From assembly GCA_002269645.1 (NCBI GenBank), contig NIVC01002995.1, positions 1 to 64,000 of the forward strand: a stretch of 64,000 bases of DNA, read 5' to 3'. The notes under the pieces are model-generated. The model saw only the letters and a program-made list of their open reading frames with translations. It was not told the origin of the DNA and searched no databases. Source of the DNA: Macrostomum lignano (lineage: Eukaryota). This document shows, one piece after another, positions 61,493-64,000 of this stretch. The translations under genes and the position numbers were made by a program. Numbering within the stretch: position 1 is the first letter of the stretch; each line of letters opens with the position of its first letter.

Positions 61493-62924
61493 TCTCAATA
61501 AAGTGCAGTACAGACTGCTGGCAATAAGCATTCTAATGAGCCGGATAATCATAATGACGGGGCAGTTCAGCTGTTTTGATTTCTCATTTCCACCCTCATT
61601 ATATTAATATTTCACCGTTTCAAGTCTTTGTGTGTCATACACGCATGGCACAGACGGTCTTTGTTGATTTCAACAGCCATTGAGTGTGTCGAGGGTAGCA
61701 GATGACGCAATGCGATTTTCAATCTCAACGGGCGGGCCGGACCGGCCACGAGTTCCCTCTGAGATGGGGGGAGATTTATCCCATGGCCAAGGAAGCGCTC
61801 TACGTGGCCAGATCATTATTAGGGAATACGCTGTGGGCTCCTCCCATCGCGCCTCCTTAAGCATTCCCTTTGCAGTCGATAGCCCCAGCCTTGGGTCTAA
61901 GCTGCCGTGTCACCTTGAGAAGCAGTGTCAGTTGTTGCTCCATCGATTGCACGGCTTGCGTAAGTTTTTGGCTCCGAAAATCTAGTTGCCAGGCTATCGG
62001 GAATACTCGCTACTCGTTAGATAGAGCACCGCTGAACAAGAGCTGCCCACTGACATCCTGCATAGTGAGGAATCTTCTAATTATTACTATAAGCCGAACG
62101 GCTAACAGAATGGGTAAATGCCTACTAATTAGAGGCATTGATAACTGGGCTGCGCGCAAGCAGTGTCCGCAGCAGCACTTTGATAGTCGGCTTTTGTAAA
62201 AGCGGAACAACTTTTTATGCTTTTCTTGCTGTTCCTTGACAATGAATGCCAAAAGCTGTGGCTACAGGGAGTGAGTAAGTCACTGGAGAGGCCTGATGCC
62301 CTGTGACGGCTTCCTGGCAGGGCTGAAGGTCTAATGGTCTGCTGGCCGTGCGATGCAGCAGGTCTTTTTGAGCCACACGACACCAGCGGCGATGAGGGGA
62401 GCTGGGTCTGGGACTGCCCGAAGGCTTTCTCCGTTCCCTGCTCTCTTCCCCTTTTCCCTAAAAAAATAGTGGGAAGACAGATAGATAGAGCGAATGAGAC
62501 AGCAACAGGGTTGAGCTGGAGGCTCCTCCATTCACTCGCCCTGTCACCCAGAGAAACACACGGTAGTGAAATCCCCACTGACTCTGGGTTGAGGTTCGGG
62601 TTACAAAGACTGGGAGATATACTGGCATAGTTGGGAGGGAAGAAGGCGGAGATCTTTGTAAAGAAATAAAGTTGACATCTTTCCACTTGGTCGGAGCCGC
62701 GGGGGTCGCAGGATTACTATGGGATACTATGGGATACTATGGGATACGAGGAGGGGAGGGAAGGGGTTGGTGGTGGAATCACAATTTTTGGCATATGTTG
62801 GATATGGCGAAGGAGAGAGGCATGGAGGAAGGGCTCTGCAGGGTTGGCTGGCCTGATGAGTTAAAGGTGGAGTTGAAGGAAGTGAGATAAGCAAAAAGAC
62901 GACAGGAAGAAACAGTATGAGAGA

Positions 62925-63705
62925 GTAGAGGGAGAGTAGGGGTGAGAGGTAGATTAGGGATAAGAGGTAGAGTAGGGATGGTAGGTAAAGTAGGGATGAG
63001 AGGTAGAGTAGGGGTGAGGGGAGAGCAGGGATGAGAGGTAGAGTAGGGGTGAGGGGAGAGTAGGGATGAGAGGTAGAGTAGGGGTGAGGGGAGTAGGGAT
63101 GAGAGGTAGAGTAGGGGTGAGGGGAGATTAGGGATGAGAGGTAGAGTAGGGGTGAGGGGAGAGTAGGGATGAGAGGTAGAGTAGGGGTGAGGGGAGATTA
63201 GGGATGAGAGGTAGAGTAGGGGTGAGGGGAGATTAGGGATGAGAGGTAGAGTAGGGGTGAGGGGAGAGTAGGGATGAGAGGTAGAGTAGGGGTGAGGGGA
63301 GAGTAGGGATGAGAGGTAGAGTAGGGGTGAGGGAGATTAGGGATGAGAGGTAGAGTAGGGGTGAGGGGAGATTAGGGATGAGAGGTAGAGTAGGGGTGAG
63401 GGGAGATTAGGGATGAGAGGTAGAGTAGGGGTGAGGGGAGAGTAGGGATGAGAGGTAGAGTAGGGGTGAGGGGAGAGTAGGGATGAGAGGTAGAGTAGGG
63501 GTGAGGGGAGATTAGGGATGAGAGGTAGAGTAGGGGTGAGGGGAGATTAGGGATGAGAGGTAGAGTAGGGGTGAGGGGAGAGTAGGGATGAGAGGTAGAG
63601 TAGGGGTGAGGGGAGAGTAGGGATGAGAGGTAGAGTAGGGGTGAGGGGAGAGTAGGGATGAGAGGTAGAGTAGGGGTGAGGGGAGATTAGGGATGAGAGG
63701 TAGAG
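62925..63705. repeat. Purine-rich minisatellite, 35-bp unit
   Basis: GAGTAGGGGTGAGGGGAGAGTAGGGATGAGAGGTA. Confidence 0.96.
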
Positions 63706-64000
63706 AAGCGCCAGCAGGTCCAGTCGGAGTCAGTGAGGGATGGTGGCAAGCCAATGAACGGGGCAGAAGCCGGTGTGTCAGGAGGATGACCGGCCTTGAC
63801 GCTTTTTAAGCAGCAGCGAGTCTCCATCAACCTCTACGCCTCATCAATCTTAAAAGCCCGGATTGCAGAGCTGGGCATTGGGAAGGCAGTGGGGGGGGGG
63901 AGGTCGCAGCGGCCGCTATCCATCTCGCCCCCTTGGACTGACACTTGCATAGATTAAAGTTCAGTTCGAAATTGGTTTGAGCCCAAATTGAGTGGCCGAG

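Overview
Eukaryotic (animal) genomic DNA. The minisatellite-packed introns, kb-long (TCTG)n and poly-Ala/Pro exons suggest a flatworm such as Macrostomum; this is an inference, not verified. Three zones. (1) 1-11067: the right part of an AT-rich endogenous Polinton/adintovirus-like dsDNA virus. It carries a penton-like gene, an adenain-like protease, a fibre-like gene with two discoidin-type domains, a 133-bp repeat array, two orphan ORFs and a PrimPol-PriCT2-D5/SF3 primase-helicase. It also carries a protein-primed-type PolB with intact polymerase motifs but an apparently dismantled proofreading domain, a membrane protein ending in PSAPPY, and an AGTAGT...ACTACT terminus that can fold into a branched hairpin. 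(2) 11070-19749: a full-length Ty3/Gypsy LTR retrotransposon with two 309-bp LTRs and no target-site duplication. Its Gag carries an UNR/CSDE1-type cold-shock domain right after the CCHC knuckle, and its tRNA-Gln PBS is amplified into a 30-bp tandem array. (3) 19750-64000: host DNA with an SmD2 gene, two exons of a Myt1-family gene and a complete four-exon COUP-TF/NR2F gene. About 24 tandem arrays cover roughly 18 kb of this zone. Several frameshifts are single-base losses in homopolymers, including ones in conserved host exons, so part of the apparent decay may be consensus error. The best candidates for an undescribed system are the CSD-bearing Gypsy with its PBS array, and the proofreading-less PolB plus primase-helicase Polinton with a hairpin end. 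All family assignments are from motif recognition by eye; no searches were run.
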